Part shown: positions 1 to 10,384 of the stretch, in pieces | Layout of the letters: each line of letters starts with the position of its first letter | Position numbering within the stretch: position 1 is the first letter of the stretch | Assembly: GCA_947624505.1 (NCBI GenBank) | Contig: CANQKO010000004.1 | Location: 4,666-68,665 of the forward strand | Direction: 5' to 3' | DNA length: 64,000 nucleotides | Source of the DNA: an uncultured Bacilli bacterium | Lineage (GTDB): Bacteria > Bacillota_I > Bacilli_A > RF39 > UBA660 | Program-made: the position numbers and the translations under genes | The notes under the pieces: generated by a model | Told to the model about the DNA's origin: nothing | The model's input: only the letters and a program-made list of their open reading frames with translations | Databases searched by the model: none

Positions 1-240
1 AATAAAAATAAAGATTTTACTAAAATAGTAGATTATTTTATTTTAAAAAAAGATGCCTATTATTTAGAAGAACTTGTAAGTGCTGTTAAAGATGATTTAG
101 ATATGGAGCATTTACTTAAAAAAGTCAAAGAAACGAATGATAAAAATTTTATTAATGAAATAATTAGAAGAGGCAAAGACGTAGAATATTTATTTAGTGA
201 TGAAGAATTAAAGAAAATAAAAGAATTTTTATTAAAATAA
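1..240 (+). CDS. 3' end of an upstream gene (partial, hypothetical protein)
   Basis: Frame +1 is open from base 1 to TAA at 238-240 (...RRGKDVEYLFSDEELKKIKEFLLK*). The listed minus ORF 60..254 looks like its antisense shadow. Confidence 0.5.
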   Translation, partial: NKNKDFTKIVDYFILKKDAYYLEELVSAVKDDLDMEHLLKKVKETNDKNFINEIIRRGKDVEYLFSDEELKKIKEFLLK

Positions 241-344
241 TAGAAGTATGGCAATTATTGACAGGTGTATAAGAATATGCTATATTTTTATTGGCAGCAA
301 GCTTTAAACTATTATATTTATTAAAAATTTGTGGGGGGATTTAA

Positions 345-1064
345 ATGAAAAATAAAGAAGGAAAAAAAGATTTAGAATTAAATGAAGAAAATCAAGAAAA
401 AGAAAATAAAGAAGATAAACTAGATAAAGTTCAAAAGACTCTAGTAAGTTTAGCCATAATTTTAAGCCTTTTAGGAGGAACTATAACCATCACAGGAATA
501 TATGATCATTCAATTGATCATACAGAAAAAGAATGCCCTTTTGCTAAAATTCTTCCTAAAGAGACGGCAATTAATCACCAAAAAAACGCAATAATTGATA
601 CTTATGCATCCAAAGATATTATTGCAGATGTTAAGTATATGGAATTTGATGGCAATGAACCAGTAAAAGAAATTTATGCTCCATCGGCAGTATCTACTGT
701 ACCAGAGGGTTTTGAATTATTTACTGATGAAGATGGTCGCCAATATTGGGTAGCATATGAATACACTGAACCAATTAAAAATGAAGTAGATGGAAAAGTA
801 TATTATACTGTGCCAGAAGGTTATACCATCGGTAGAGATAAAGATGGCAATCTTGTTGGAATGAAGCAAAGATTTATAAAAGTAGATTCCAATTCTTTTG
901 AAGATGATGAGAATTACAAAATTATTAATGGAATAGTTTATATTAAAATATCTGAAGAAGAAAGTATAGCTATTGATGGTTATGGTTACCGTTCAAGTTA
1001 TCTAGAAAAAAAGGCTTACGGCACTATAGAAGAAAAATCTGAATATTTAAAATTAGCAAGATAA
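345..1064 (+). CDS. hypothetical membrane-anchored protein
   Basis: Charged N-terminus, then one TM helix (LVSLAIILSLLGGTITITGIY). Extracellular part has an internal duplicated TVPEG(F/Y) motif. GGGGG RBS precedes the ATG. Confidence 0.6.
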   Translation: MKNKEGKKDLELNEENQEKENKEDKLDKVQKTLVSLAIILSLLGGTITITGIYDHSIDHTEKECPFAKILPKETAINHQKNAIIDTYASKDIIADVKYMEFDGNEPVKEIYAPSAVSTVPEGFELFTDEDGRQYWVAYEYTEPIKNEVDGKVYYTVPEGYTIGRDKDGNLVGMKQRFIKVDSNSFEDDENYKIINGIVYIKISEEESIAIDGYGYRSSYLEKKAYGTIEEKSEYLKLAR

Positions 1065-1171
1065 TTATAAATAAAAAAAATTAAAAGATTCATTATGAAG
1101 TTAAAGGAAATAACTTGTCAATGAATCTTTTTTTCTGTATAATTAAAGTTAGGAAAATAGGAGTGACAATT

Positions 1172-2413
1172 ATGCGTAAGTTCATAGCTAGTCTAGATAT
1201 TGGTTCTTCACTTATTAAATTAGTTGTTGGCGAAGTAGTGAAAAATAAAGTGAATATTTTAGCGTGTGTTGAAACTCCTGCCAGAGGAATTAAAAAAGGT
1301 TATATTATTAATCCCGAAAGTGCAACAGAAGCTTTAAGTGAAGTATTTAAAAATGCTGAAAATATTATTGGTATAAAAATAAAAAAAGTTATTGCCACTG
1401 TGCCTAGTGCTTATGCTGAATGTTTCTTATCAAGTGGAACAATTGCAACAATTAGTGAAGATAAAGTTATTCGAAATGCCGATATTGTGAAAGCAATGCA
1501 AAAATGTGTTTATAACAAAGTAATGGATCATAAAGAATTAGTTACAGTCTTACCAACAAGTTTTATTATCAATGATGAAGTGGTAAATAATCCTCTTAAT
1601 ATGATTTCTTCTAAATTATCAATGAAAGCTATTATCGTAACAGTTCCTAAGAAAAATATGGAAGGTATTAGTGCTTGTCTTAAAAATATTGGAGTAGAAC
1701 TCGTTGATATAGTTATTTCACCCTTAGCTGATTTTTATGAACATAAAATAAAAGATGCTAATAAAGAGGTTGGGGCAATTGTTAATATTGGTGAAGAGAC
1801 AACAACTGTCTCAATATTTAACCGAGGAATACTTACTAATTTAGAAGTAATTGATATTGGGGGTAGTAGTGTTACCAATGATTTAGCCTATGTTTATAAA
1901 ATAGGCTTAGAAGATGCTAGATATTTAAAAGAACATTTAGCTCTTGCTCATACAAGACTAGCTCAGCCAAACGAATCATTAACATTTAAAGATAAGTATG
2001 ATGAAAGCGTTAAAATAAATCAATATGATGCCTCAGAAATAGTAATGGGAAGATTAACAGAGATTATTAATTTAGCAAAAAAACAAATAAATCTCTTAAC
2101 AAAGAAAGAAATTAGTTATATAATACTTACAGGAGGAGTAACAGAAAGTGGGGATTTTGATATTCTTGTTGAAGAGTTACTCGGTAATTTAGGTATTATA
2201 GGTAATGTTTTAGAAATTGGGGCTAGAAATAATAAATATGCAACATCAGTAGGAATGATAAAATATTATAATAGTCGTCTAAAACTTAGAAATGTTGATT
2301 TTTCCATATTTACTATAGATGAACAAGAAAAATTAGGTGGTTTAGATAAAAGTATAAGTGTTTCAAATGATTCGCTTTTAGGAAAACTATTTGGATATTT
2401 TTTCGATAATTAA
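1172..2413 (+). CDS. ftsA: cell division protein FtsA
   Basis: Actin-like ATPase N-terminus (ASLDIGSSLIKLVVGE) and position immediately upstream of ftsZ. ATG 1172 has an AGGAG RBS 8 nt upstream, so the TTG 1115 extension is unlikely. Confidence 0.9.
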   Translation: MRKFIASLDIGSSLIKLVVGEVVKNKVNILACVETPARGIKKGYIINPESATEALSEVFKNAENIIGIKIKKVIATVPSAYAECFLSSGTIATISEDKVIRNADIVKAMQKCVYNKVMDHKELVTVLPTSFIINDEVVNNPLNMISSKLSMKAIIVTVPKKNMEGISACLKNIGVELVDIVISPLADFYEHKIKDANKEVGAIVNIGEETTTVSIFNRGILTNLEVIDIGGSSVTNDLAYVYKIGLEDARYLKEHLALAHTRLAQPNESLTFKDKYDESVKINQYDASEIVMGRLTEIINLAKKQINLLTKKEISYIILTGGVTESGDFDILVEELLGNLGIIGNVLEIGARNNKYATSVGMIKYYNSRLKLRNVDFSIFTIDEQEKLGGLDKSISVSNDSLLGKLFGYFFDN

Positions 2414-2425
2414 GGAGATGAAAAT

Positions 2426-3481
2426 ATGAACGAATTACAAATGGATCAAATTGCAAAGATTAAAGTTATAGGTGTTGGCGGTGGCGGTTGTAATGCCGTT
2501 AATAGAATGATTGAAGAAGGAGTAAAAAGTGTTGAATTTTATGTTGTCAATACGGATTTACAAGTTTTAAATATTTCTAAAGCTACTAATAAGATTCAAA
2601 TAGGAAAAACTATTACAGGTGGAAGAGGAGCTGGAGCTAATCCCGAAATAGGAAGAGCAGCAGCCTTAGAGAGTAAAGGCGAAATTGAAGATGCCCTTAA
2701 GGGTGCTGATATGGTCTTTGTCGCTTGTGGTATGGGTGGGGGAACTGGTACAGGAGCTGCCCCAATAATTGCCGAAATTGCTCAAGAACTTGGTGCTCTA
2801 ACGGTTGGTATAGTTACTAAACCTTTTAGATTTGAAGGCAAAAGAAGAAGTGAAAATGCCATTGTGGGTATTGAAGAATTAAAGAAACACGTTGATACTT
2901 TAATCGTTATTCCAAATGACAAATTAAGAGATATCATTGATAAAACTACGAGTTTCGATGATGCCTTTAAAGAAGTAGATAATGTTTTACATAGAGGTGT
3001 TCAATCAATCTCTGATTTAATTGCTGTTACCGGAGTTATTAACCTAGACTTTGCTGATGTTAAAGCCGTTATGGAAAAAAGTGGTACGGCCATTATTGGT
3101 ATTGGTTGCAATGCTGGTGAGAATAGAGCTGTTGAAGCTGCTAGACAAGCTGTTGCTAATAGCTTACTTGAGGCAACAATCGATGGTGCTACTAATGCGA
3201 TAGTTAATGTAACAGGGGGTAAAAACCTTACATTATTTGAAATTGAAGATGCGGTTGAAACTGTTAGAGAAGCTGCTAAAAGCGATATCAATATTATCTT
3301 TGGTGCAATCAAAAATGATAATTTAACAGATGAGGTTATCGTTACAGTCATTGCTACTGGTTTTGATGAAAGTAATGATGAAGAAATTTATGGTAAAGAA
3401 GAAGTACCAAAAAGAAGAACTGTTCCAACTGATGATGATTTAGAAATACCACCATTTTTAAGAAATAATGATTTATTTTAA
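2426..3481 (+). CDS. ftsZ: cell division protein FtsZ
   Basis: Tubulin signature [13 protein letters not shown]-terminal [13 protein letters not shown], and C-terminal peptide [11 protein letters not shown]. Confidence 0.98.
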   Translation: MNELQMDQIAKIKVIGVGGGGCNAVNRMIEEGVKSVEFYVVNTDLQVLNISKATNKIQIGKTITGGRGAGANPEIGRAAALESKGEIEDALKGADMVFVACGMGGGTGTGAAPIIAEIAQELGALTVGIVTKPFRFEGKRRSENAIVGIEELKKHVDTLIVIPNDKLRDIIDKTTSFDDAFKEVDNVLHRGVQSISDLIAVTGVINLDFADVKAVMEKSGTAIIGIGCNAGENRAVEAARQAVANSLLEATIDGATNAIVNVTGGKNLTLFEIEDAVETVREAAKSDINIIFGAIKNDNLTDEVIVTVIATGFDESNDEEIYGKEEVPKRRTVPTDDDLEIPPFLRNNDLF

Positions 3482-3542
3482 ATAAGAACATAATACGACA
3501 AATTTTGCCGTATTTTTTTTATATAATATAATCGGTGATGAT

Positions 3543-4298
3543 ATGAAAGTATATATTGATTTATTATTTTTATTAAATTTAATATATGATTTCCTTTTAT
3601 TAATGACTGTTAGTGTAACTTTAAAAAGAAATATTAATTATAAAAGACTATTACTAGGTTCCTTAGTTGGGGCTTTATCAACTTTTATAATTTTTCTTCC
3701 TTTAAATAAATATCTTTTATTAGTTTTAAAAATTATAATGGGTTTAATAATGTTACTTGTAACTTTTAAATATAAAAATATTAAATATTTTTTGCATAAT
3801 ATTTTATATTTATATATGACAAGTGTTATTTTAGCTGGTTTTCTTTATTACTTAAAATTAGAATTTAAAAATTTAAGTTATTTATTAATATTAAGTATAG
3901 CTCCCCTTATTTTATATTTATATATAAAAGAACAAAAAGATTTAAAAAGCATAGTTAATTATTATCGTAAAGTAATTATTACTTTAAAAAATAATCAAGA
4001 AATTAATTTAACTGGTTTTATTGATAGTGGTAATAAACTTAAAGACCCAATTACCGGTAAATATATTATTTTAGTTAATAAAAATTTAATTGATGGCATA
4101 TATAATATTAGAAGTCCTATGTATGTACCTATAAAAACAGTTAATCAAAAAAGTTTACTCGAATGTATTAGTATTAAAAATATTAAGATTGATAATATAG
4201 TATATAATAATTATCTTTTAGGCTTATCGGATACTTTTAAAAGTAATGATTATGATTGCTTACTAAATTATCATTTACTGGAGGGTGAAAATGTTTAA
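3543..4298 (+). CDS. spoIIGA: sigma-E processing aspartic peptidase SpoIIGA
   Basis: Polytopic N-terminal half plus the GFIDSGN motif typical of SpoIIGA. Overlaps the start of sigE, as in the Bacillus spoIIG operon. Confidence 0.9.
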   Translation: MKVYIDLLFLLNLIYDFLLLMTVSVTLKRNINYKRLLLGSLVGALSTFIIFLPLNKYLLLVLKIIMGLIMLLVTFKYKNIKYFLHNILYLYMTSVILAGFLYYLKLEFKNLSYLLILSIAPLILYLYIKEQKDLKSIVNYYRKVIITLKNNQEINLTGFIDSGNKLKDPITGKYIILVNKNLIDGIYNIRSPMYVPIKTVNQKSLLECISIKNIKIDNIVYNNYLLGLSDTFKSNDYDCLLNYHLLEGENV

Positions 4299-4974
4299 AA
4301 AAATATTGCTGTTTTTAAAAAGAAAGTATCGGGAATGTTTCTTTGTGGGAGCAACCGATAAATTGCCACCGCCTCTACCTAAAAAAGAAGAACTAGAATA
4401 CTTAATTAAAGCTAAACAAGGTGATATTGAAGCAAGAAATATCTTAATTGAACATAATTTAAGATTAGTGGTATTTTTAGCTAAAAAATATGAAAATACA
4501 GGTTTTGATATTGAAGATTTAGTTTCAATTGGGTCAATTGGTTTAATCAAAGGAATAAATACTTATAAAATAGATAAAAATATTAAGCTGGCGACTTATG
4601 CTTCAAGATGTATTGCTAATGAAATATTAATGTTTTTAAGAAAAAATAAACGCAAAAAAGTAGAAATAAGTTTAGAAGAAACCCTTAATTATGATGCTGA
4701 GGGTAATGAATTAAGACTAGAAGATATCTTAGGAACAGAACAAGATGTGGTTCCTAAAGAGTTTGAAGATGTTTTAGATAAAGAATTATTAAAAAGAGAA
4801 ATAGAAACGCTAGAACCAAGAGAAAAAGAAATAATGACTTTAAGATATGGTCTTAATAATAGTGAAGAATATACGCAAAAAGAAGTAGCGGAAATGCTTG
4901 GCATAAGTCAGTCATATATTTCAAGAATTGAGAAAAAGATTGTTAAAAGGCTTCAAAATATAATGAAAATTTGA
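4291..4974 (+). CDS. sigE: RNA polymerase sporulation sigma factor SigE (pro-sigma-E)
   Basis: N-terminal pro-peptide, region 2 (NLRLVVFLAKKY, ASRCIANEILMFLRK), region 4 HTH (TQKEVAEMLGISQSYISRIEKK). GGAGGG RBS lies 5 nt upstream of ATG 4291. Confidence 0.93.
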   Translation: MFKKILLFLKRKYRECFFVGATDKLPPPLPKKEELEYLIKAKQGDIEARNILIEHNLRLVVFLAKKYENTGFDIEDLVSIGSIGLIKGINTYKIDKNIKLATYASRCIANEILMFLRKNKRKKVEISLEETLNYDAEGNELRLEDILGTEQDVVPKEFEDVLDKELLKREIETLEPREKEIMTLRYGLNNSEEYTQKEVAEMLGISQSYISRIEKKIVKRLQNIMKI

Positions 4975-5035
4975 AGTCTTTTTCTTTTGAATAAAAAATA
5001 AGAAAATTAGCCATAATTTAATTGAAAGGATTAAT

Positions 5036-5812
5036 ATGGCAAGATATAAAGTAGATATAACGGGAATTAATACAAATGATTTAATAGTATTAAAAAAAAG
5101 CGAATCAGAAGAATTATTTAGAAGATATCATAATGGTGATCCAAAAGCTAAAGAAGAATTAATTAATGGTAATTTAAGACTTGTTTTATCAACATTACAA
5201 CGTTTTAATAATACTAAATTTAATATGGATGATTTATTTCAAGTGGGTGTAATTGGTCTTATTAAAGCCATTGAGAATTTTGATACATCTTTGGGATTAC
5301 GCTTATCAACTTATGCTGTACCGCTTATCTTGGGAGAAGTAAAAAGATATATTAGAGATAATACGGAAATTAGAGTTAGTCGCAGTATTAAAGATTTAGC
5401 TTATAAAATAATTCGTTTTCAAGATGAATATATGAGTTTATATGGATCACTTCCATCTAATGAACAAATTGCCAAAGAATTAAATATTGAAGAATATGAA
5501 ATTGGTTATGCCCTTGATTCTTTAAAAGTCCCAATGAGTATTTTTGAACCTATTTATAATGATGGTGGTGATACCATTTATTTATCTGATCAAATTGCGG
5601 ATACGAAAGATCTAGCTAGTGATAAAGACTTATTAATTTCTTTAAGAAAAGCTTTACAAAAAATTAAGACACGTGAAAAAGAAATTTTAATTTCCAGATA
5701 TATTGTTGGTAAAACACAAATGGAAATTGCTGATCATTTAGGAATATCTCAAGCCCAAGTGTCAAGGATTGAAAAAACAGCAATTGAAAATGTACGAAAA
5801 CTAATTAAATAA
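5036..5812 (+). CDS. sigG: RNA polymerase sporulation sigma factor SigG
   Basis: NGNLRLVLSTLQRFNN, YAVPLILGEVKRYIRDN, QMEIADHLGISQAQVSRIEK. Follows sigE as in the Bacillus/Clostridium spoIIGA-sigE-sigG arrangement. Confidence 0.9.
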   Translation: MARYKVDITGINTNDLIVLKKSESEELFRRYHNGDPKAKEELINGNLRLVLSTLQRFNNTKFNMDDLFQVGVIGLIKAIENFDTSLGLRLSTYAVPLILGEVKRYIRDNTEIRVSRSIKDLAYKIIRFQDEYMSLYGSLPSNEQIAKELNIEEYEIGYALDSLKVPMSIFEPIYNDGGDTIYLSDQIADTKDLASDKDLLISLRKALQKIKTREKEILISRYIVGKTQMEIADHLGISQAQVSRIEKTAIENVRKLIK

Positions 5813-5883
5813 CCTAATCTTAATTCGGCTTAATTATAGACTATTTCTGCCTTATAATAAATACCTAAGGAATGAGGTTAATT

Positions 5884-7089
5884 ATGAGTCTATTTGAAGA
5901 ATTAATTAAAAAATGTGGTCGTGGTGAATTAAATCGTTTAGGTGAATTAAATTCTTTAGTTAGTTTTAATGTTATAAAGTTAGATGATGTTTATAAATGC
6001 GCAATGAATACTGATAGTGCTGAAGTGTTATATTATATTTTAGATCTTTTTAAATCAAATTCTAACGAATTTAAAACTATAAAAAAGAGATTATTAGCAA
6101 CAGGCAATTCTGAATATATTTATTATATGGTTACAAAATATGTTAAAGATTTTACGGTAAGAGAAATTAAAGAATGTGCTGAAGCTTTGATAGTTGAAGG
6201 TGAAAATGTTTTTGCCTCTGGAGATTATATTACTAGATTTGCCTTAGATATTCCCGATGCGTCATTAGATATTTTAGTTGATGCTATAATATCTTTAAAT
6301 AGGGGCATTGACGTTTATAATTTTGCTAAAAATGTTACAGCAACGAAACCAGGTTTACTAGATGAAGAGGCACTTAATAAACTTACTGATGTTATATGCA
6401 AAACTTTAGATGCAAAATTAATTTATAATTTTGCTAAAGATGTATCAGGAAGTAATAAAGAAAAATTAAGTCTAGCAATGGCGGATACTTTGAATCAAGA
6501 TTATATCTATTTTTTTGCTAGAGACATAATAGGAAGTTATAAAGAAAAATTGACGGAAGCTTTTATAAAAACTTTATATATAACTAAAAAGAATAATCAT
6601 GTAGTTGATTATTGCATTAATATGAATGTTGTTTTTATTGACGACTTAATTAAATTAAAAGATTATGAGGATATATATGAGCTTGCACTTTATATTATTG
6701 ATGAAAATTTGCTCAAAAAAATAATTGATTACTTCCGAAATGGAGGTTATAACAATTTAATATATAATTTAGCCTTTAAAAGGGAACATATAAGAAAATT
6801 TTTATTAAAAACTTATGGTGATACATATAGTGATATGGTTAAGAAAATAGAAGCACAAAGATTAGAGCAAAGAAAGAAAAATGAAGAAGTTAAACAAATT
6901 AATAGAAATGAATATAGCATACCTAATTTATCTCAAGAAGGATTAAAACAAGTATTATATAAACTTATTAAAGAACAACAATATGGCGAGATTAAAGCCA
7001 ATAGAATGTATTTTAGCCCATTTTTAACTTATAATGAAGATTTAAATGTCAATAATGGGTTAAAAAGAGAAATAAAGAAATTAAAATGA
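5884..7089 (+). CDS. hypothetical protein with internal helical repeats
   Basis: Long ORF. ATG 5884 sits 6 nt after GAGG, whereas ATG 5872 has no usable RBS spacing. Repeated (I/V)Y(N/F)FA(K/R)(N/D)(V/I)...KEKL units. Confidence 0.6.
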   Translation: MSLFEELIKKCGRGELNRLGELNSLVSFNVIKLDDVYKCAMNTDSAEVLYYILDLFKSNSNEFKTIKKRLLATGNSEYIYYMVTKYVKDFTVREIKECAEALIVEGENVFASGDYITRFALDIPDASLDILVDAIISLNRGIDVYNFAKNVTATKPGLLDEEALNKLTDVICKTLDAKLIYNFAKDVSGSNKEKLSLAMADTLNQDYIYFFARDIIGSYKEKLTEAFIKTLYITKKNNHVVDYCINMNVVFIDDLIKLKDYEDIYELALYIIDENLLKKIIDYFRNGGYNNLIYNLAFKREHIRKFLLKTYGDTYSDMVKKIEAQRLEQRKKNEEVKQINRNEYSIPNLSQEGLKQVLYKLIKEQQYGEIKANRMYFSPFLTYNEDLNVNNGLKREIKKLK

Positions 7090-7182
7090 GAAAAAGGTGT
7101 TAATTATGCTAGTTTTTGAAAATGCTGAAAAGCGATTACTTATAAAATAATAATTTTACCATATAATTTATTAGGTGGTTTT

Positions 7183-7407
7183 ATGTTACTTAGTGATTTA
7201 CAAACTAAAGATATCATAAATATTAAAGATGGCAATAATTTAGGAAGAATTATTGATGCTAAAATTGATAATTCTGGTAAAATTATTTATTTTGTTTCTG
7301 AGCCTAAAAAATTGATGCGTAAAGTAACCAGAGGGGGAGAGGCATCTTTTGATTTTGAAAAAATAAAAAAAATAGGTGAAGATGTTATTTTAGTTGATTT
7401 AACTTAA
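7183..7407 (+). CDS. YlmC/YmxH family sporulation protein (PRC-barrel)
   Basis: 74 aa. LSDLQTKDIINIKDGNNLGRIID...GEDVILVD is the characteristic YlmC/YmxH pattern. Confidence 0.8.
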   Translation: MLLSDLQTKDIINIKDGNNLGRIIDAKIDNSGKIIYFVSEPKKLMRKVTRGGEASFDFEKIKKIGEDVILVDLT

Positions 7408-7438
7408 TTTTTGCCTTATTATAAATATAGGAAAAGAA

Positions 7439-8956
7439 GTGATAATTTTGCATATTTATAAAATTAAAGATTATCTTAAGATATTAAAAGAAAATAATTT
7501 ATTTATTAAAACTAATATAAAAAATAGTGATGAAGAAGTTTTAAATATTTCTTATAATTCTAAAGAAATTAAATCTAAAACTTTATTTATTTGTAAGGGT
7601 ATCAAGTATAAAAATGAATATTTAGAAGAAGCTATTCTTAAAAATATTCTTTGTTATGTTGCGGAAGAAGATAAAGTTATAAAAGAAGATTATCCCTATA
7701 TTATGGTAAGTGATATAAGAGCTAGTTTGGCAATTATTTCCAAGTTATATTATAATAATGCTGATCAAAAACTTACCACCATTGGGATAACGGGGACAAA
7801 GGGCAAATCAACAACAGCCTATTATATTAAAAGTATTATTGATAATTTTACGAATAAAGAATCCGCTATCTCATCATCAATTGATACATATGATGGTATA
7901 AGTAAAAAAGAATCTTTAATAACTAGTCCAGAATCTTTAGAATTACAAAAATATTTTTATAATGCCTTTAAATCAGATATTAAATATTTTACAATGGAAG
8001 TAAGTAGTCAAGCTTTAAAATATAAAAGAGTTTTTGGCATAAATTATGATATTGGTGTTTTTTTAAATATTTCACCTGATCATATTAGTGAAGTTGAACA
8101 TAAAGATTATGATGATTATTTTTATTCTAAATTAGAATTATTTAAACAAGTTAAAAATCTAGTTTTAAATCTGGATACTGAAAGATTACCTGAAGTATTG
8201 GAAGCATCTAAACAAGTTAAAAATGTTATAACTTTTAGTACTAAGAATAAAGCTGCTGATATTTATGCTTATAAAATAAAAAAGTTAGATCACAAAACTA
8301 TTAAATTTAAAGTTAGAACTCCTAATTATGAAAAAGATATAATTCTTTCGATGCCTGGTTTATTTAATGTTGAAAATGCTTTGGCCGCCATCAGTGTTTC
8401 GTATATTTTAAATATTCCTTATGAAAATATTTATGAGGGATTAAAAATTGCTAAGGCAAGTGGAAGAATGGAAATATCGGTTACTAAAGATCAAAAAATA
8501 ATTGCCATTGTTGATTATGCTCATAATAAATTAAGTTTTGAAAAACTTTATAAATCAGTTAAAGAAGAATATCCTCTTAAGAAAATCATCACTGTTTTTG
8601 GCTGTCCTGGTGGTAAAGCCTTTAATAGAAGAGAAGACTTAGGATTGTTATCGGGCGAAAATTCTTATAAGACTTATCTTACTGCTGAAGATCCTGGGGT
8701 CGAAGATACCTATTCCATATGTGAAGAAATAGCTTATTATGTTTCTAAGAATAATGGAGCTTATGAAATAATTGAAAATAGAGAAGACGCTATTAAGAAA
8801 GCTATTTTAGATAATCCTGACAGTGTCATTTTAATAACGGGTAAAGGTAATGAAACAAGACAAAAATATGGTAATAAATATTTGCCTTGTAAAACAGATT
8901 CAGCAGTTGTTAAAGAAGCCTTTAAAGAATACGAAAGTAGTGTTATATCTAATTAA
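7439..8956 (+). CDS. murE: Mur ligase, UDP-MurNAc-L-Ala-D-Glu--diamino acid ligase (MurE)
   Basis: Mur ligase P-loop GITGTKGKSTT, DYAHN and GKGNE motifs, MurE-like length. No DNPR motif (LTAEDPG instead), so the added amino acid is uncertain. Confidence 0.8.
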   Translation: MIILHIYKIKDYLKILKENNLFIKTNIKNSDEEVLNISYNSKEIKSKTLFICKGIKYKNEYLEEAILKNILCYVAEEDKVIKEDYPYIMVSDIRASLAIISKLYYNNADQKLTTIGITGTKGKSTTAYYIKSIIDNFTNKESAISSSIDTYDGISKKESLITSPESLELQKYFYNAFKSDIKYFTMEVSSQALKYKRVFGINYDIGVFLNISPDHISEVEHKDYDDYFYSKLELFKQVKNLVLNLDTERLPEVLEASKQVKNVITFSTKNKAADIYAYKIKKLDHKTIKFKVRTPNYEKDIILSMPGLFNVENALAAISVSYILNIPYENIYEGLKIAKASGRMEISVTKDQKIIAIVDYAHNKLSFEKLYKSVKEEYPLKKIITVFGCPGGKAFNRREDLGLLSGENSYKTYLTAEDPGVEDTYSICEEIAYYVSKNNGAYEIIENREDAIKKAILDNPDSVILITGKGNETRQKYGNKYLPCKTDSAVVKEAFKEYESSVISN

Positions 8957-9036
8957 GAAGAACTATCTTCTTTTTTATTTTGTCCTCACACTTTTAAATA
9001 GGGTAATGTTATAATTTAAGAAAAGGTGATGAAGTA

Positions 9037-9414
9037 ATGGAAGATGTTAAAAAAGAATTAGTAGATTTTGATGAAGCATTCGATAGTTTATTATATTATG
9101 ATAAAAAGGCATTGGATGATAGCATAGCAATTGATGAAAATAATGAAAAAATAATAATTAGAATGTTAGAAAAAAATTATAGTATATCAGAAATTAAGGA
9201 TATTATTGGCTATACCGAAAAAGAAATTGAAAGAATATGGGAAGGATATTTACTAGAAGGTGCAATGGAAAAAAATGATGGTAGTGTCTATGAATTAATT
9301 AGAGAATTTATTAAAAAGCATCCGGGAGCAGAGTACGAATCCTTTATTGAAGTAATAACTAATTTTAATCCCCAAGAGATTGAAACTATTTTAAATGAAA
9401 AAACCCAAGCCTGA
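9037..9414 (+). CDS. hypothetical acidic protein
   Basis: Open frame with an AAGGTG RBS. No family recognised. Confidence 0.5.
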   Translation: MEDVKKELVDFDEAFDSLLYYDKKALDDSIAIDENNEKIIIRMLEKNYSISEIKDIIGYTEKEIERIWEGYLLEGAMEKNDGSVYELIREFIKKHPGAEYESFIEVITNFNPQEIETILNEKTQA

Positions 9415-9423
9415 ACTTGGGAC

Positions 9424-10317
9424 TTATTTTTCTTCTATTTTTTCTTTCATCATCTTAAGTAGTTTAATGGCAATATCATAAGTTTGGTTGTTTTTATCAT
9501 TTAAAGAGTTAAATTCCACTAAATCAATTGATACTACTTTTGGCATATCTTTAAGGAAAATTTCTAAAGCCTTAATTGCTTCTTCTTTAGTTATGCCATT
9601 AACCTCTGGGACAGATACCCCGGGAGCAATAAAAGGATCAATAACATCTAAATCATAACTAATATGAATACCTAAAGTGTTAGATGAGGCAATTTTAATC
9701 GCTTCTTCTAGGCAATAAGTAATTCCTTTTGTTTTAATATCTTCGGTAGTAAATACTTTTATGTGTTGTGCTTCTAAGTTTTTAAGCTCTAATGGATCAA
9801 TACTTCTAGCCCCAACTATACAAATATTTTCTGGTTTTACATAGTTATGATTATGAAATTTGGTTAAATCTTTTTCTAACCCTGCAATTGCTGCTAAGGG
9901 AAGACCGTGAATATTACCCGTGATTGTTGTTTTAAAAGTATTAAAATCAGGATGGGCATCAAACCAAATAATCCCAATATTTTTGTTATTTTTAGCACTA
10001 GCAAGAGCACTACCTATCGAAATAGAGTGATCTCCTCCAATAGTAATGGGAAAATAATCTTTATTATTTACAATACTATTGTATAATTTTTCGTTAAAAT
10101 AATTAACTTCTTCTAAGTTCTTTTTTAAATTATCTTTGCTTTTATCTTTAATAAAATTATCGCTGTTTTTAATATATAAAACATTCTCATTATTATTTTC
10201 TAAATATTTACCTAATAAAATTGCTCCCTCTTTAGCGCCATCAATATTAACACCTGCATCAGTCGCTGCACTCAAAAATAATGTTTTCAATCCTACCACC
10301 ATTAAAAATTGTATCAT
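9424..10317 (-). CDS. rocF: arginase (ureohydrolase family)
   Basis: Mn-binding motifs GGDHSISIG, WFDAHPDFNT, TGNIHGLPLA, SYDLDVIDP align colinearly with Bacillus RocF. The start may be an internal Met. Confidence 0.75.
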   Translation of the reverse strand: MIQFLMVVGLKTLFLSAATDAGVNIDGAKEGAILLGKYLENNNENVLYIKNSDNFIKDKSKDNLKKNLEEVNYFNEKLYNSIVNNKDYFPITIGGDHSISIGSALASAKNNKNIGIIWFDAHPDFNTFKTTITGNIHGLPLAAIAGLEKDLTKFHNHNYVKPENICIVGARSIDPLELKNLEAQHIKVFTTEDIKTKGITYCLEEAIKIASSNTLGIHISYDLDVIDPFIAPGVSVPEVNGITKEEAIKALEIFLKDMPKVVSIDLVEFNSLNDKNNQTYDIAIKLLKMMKEKIEEK

Positions 10318-10340
10318 AAAATAATAATTTTTACCATCGT

Positions 10341-10369
10341 TTGCACACTCTATTAGAACGTGTTATAAT
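10341..10369 (+). promoter_or_regulatory. sigma-A type promoter of lspA (TTGCAC-17-TGtTATAAT)
   Basis: -35 TTGCAC at 10341-10346, 17-nt spacer, extended -10 TGTTATAAT ending at 10369. The first start codons lie only 7-16 nt downstream. Confidence 0.45.
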
Positions 10370-10384
10370 TATATTGTGATTTTT

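Noticed and set aside
60-254. Minus-strand 64-aa ORF at the window start.
   Set aside because: The plus frame is open from base 1 to 240 with a plausible Lys/Glu-rich protein tail. The minus ORF is a serine/leucine-rich antisense shadow with no RBS.
1115-1171. Upstream extensions of several ORF-track calls: ftsA 1115, rsmH 23205, rplS 48609, lepB 49014, lemA 34302, rhomboid 12073, ASCH 51404.
   Set aside because: In each case an internal ATG is preceded by a good Shine-Dalgarno at 5-9 nt and matches the conserved protein N-terminus. The extensions add non-conserved residues.
3001-3351. Antisense ORF inside ftsZ. The same class covers ORFs 4275..4550, 4689..4904, 10136..10324, 14292..14486, 27232..27468, 39502..39744, 47298..47501, 48683..48913, 49004..49189, 51135..51371, 59385..59594 and 60400..60705.
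   Set aside because: All lie entirely within, or opposite, strongly supported conserved genes. They have low-complexity translations and no RBS, so they are typical shadow ORFs.
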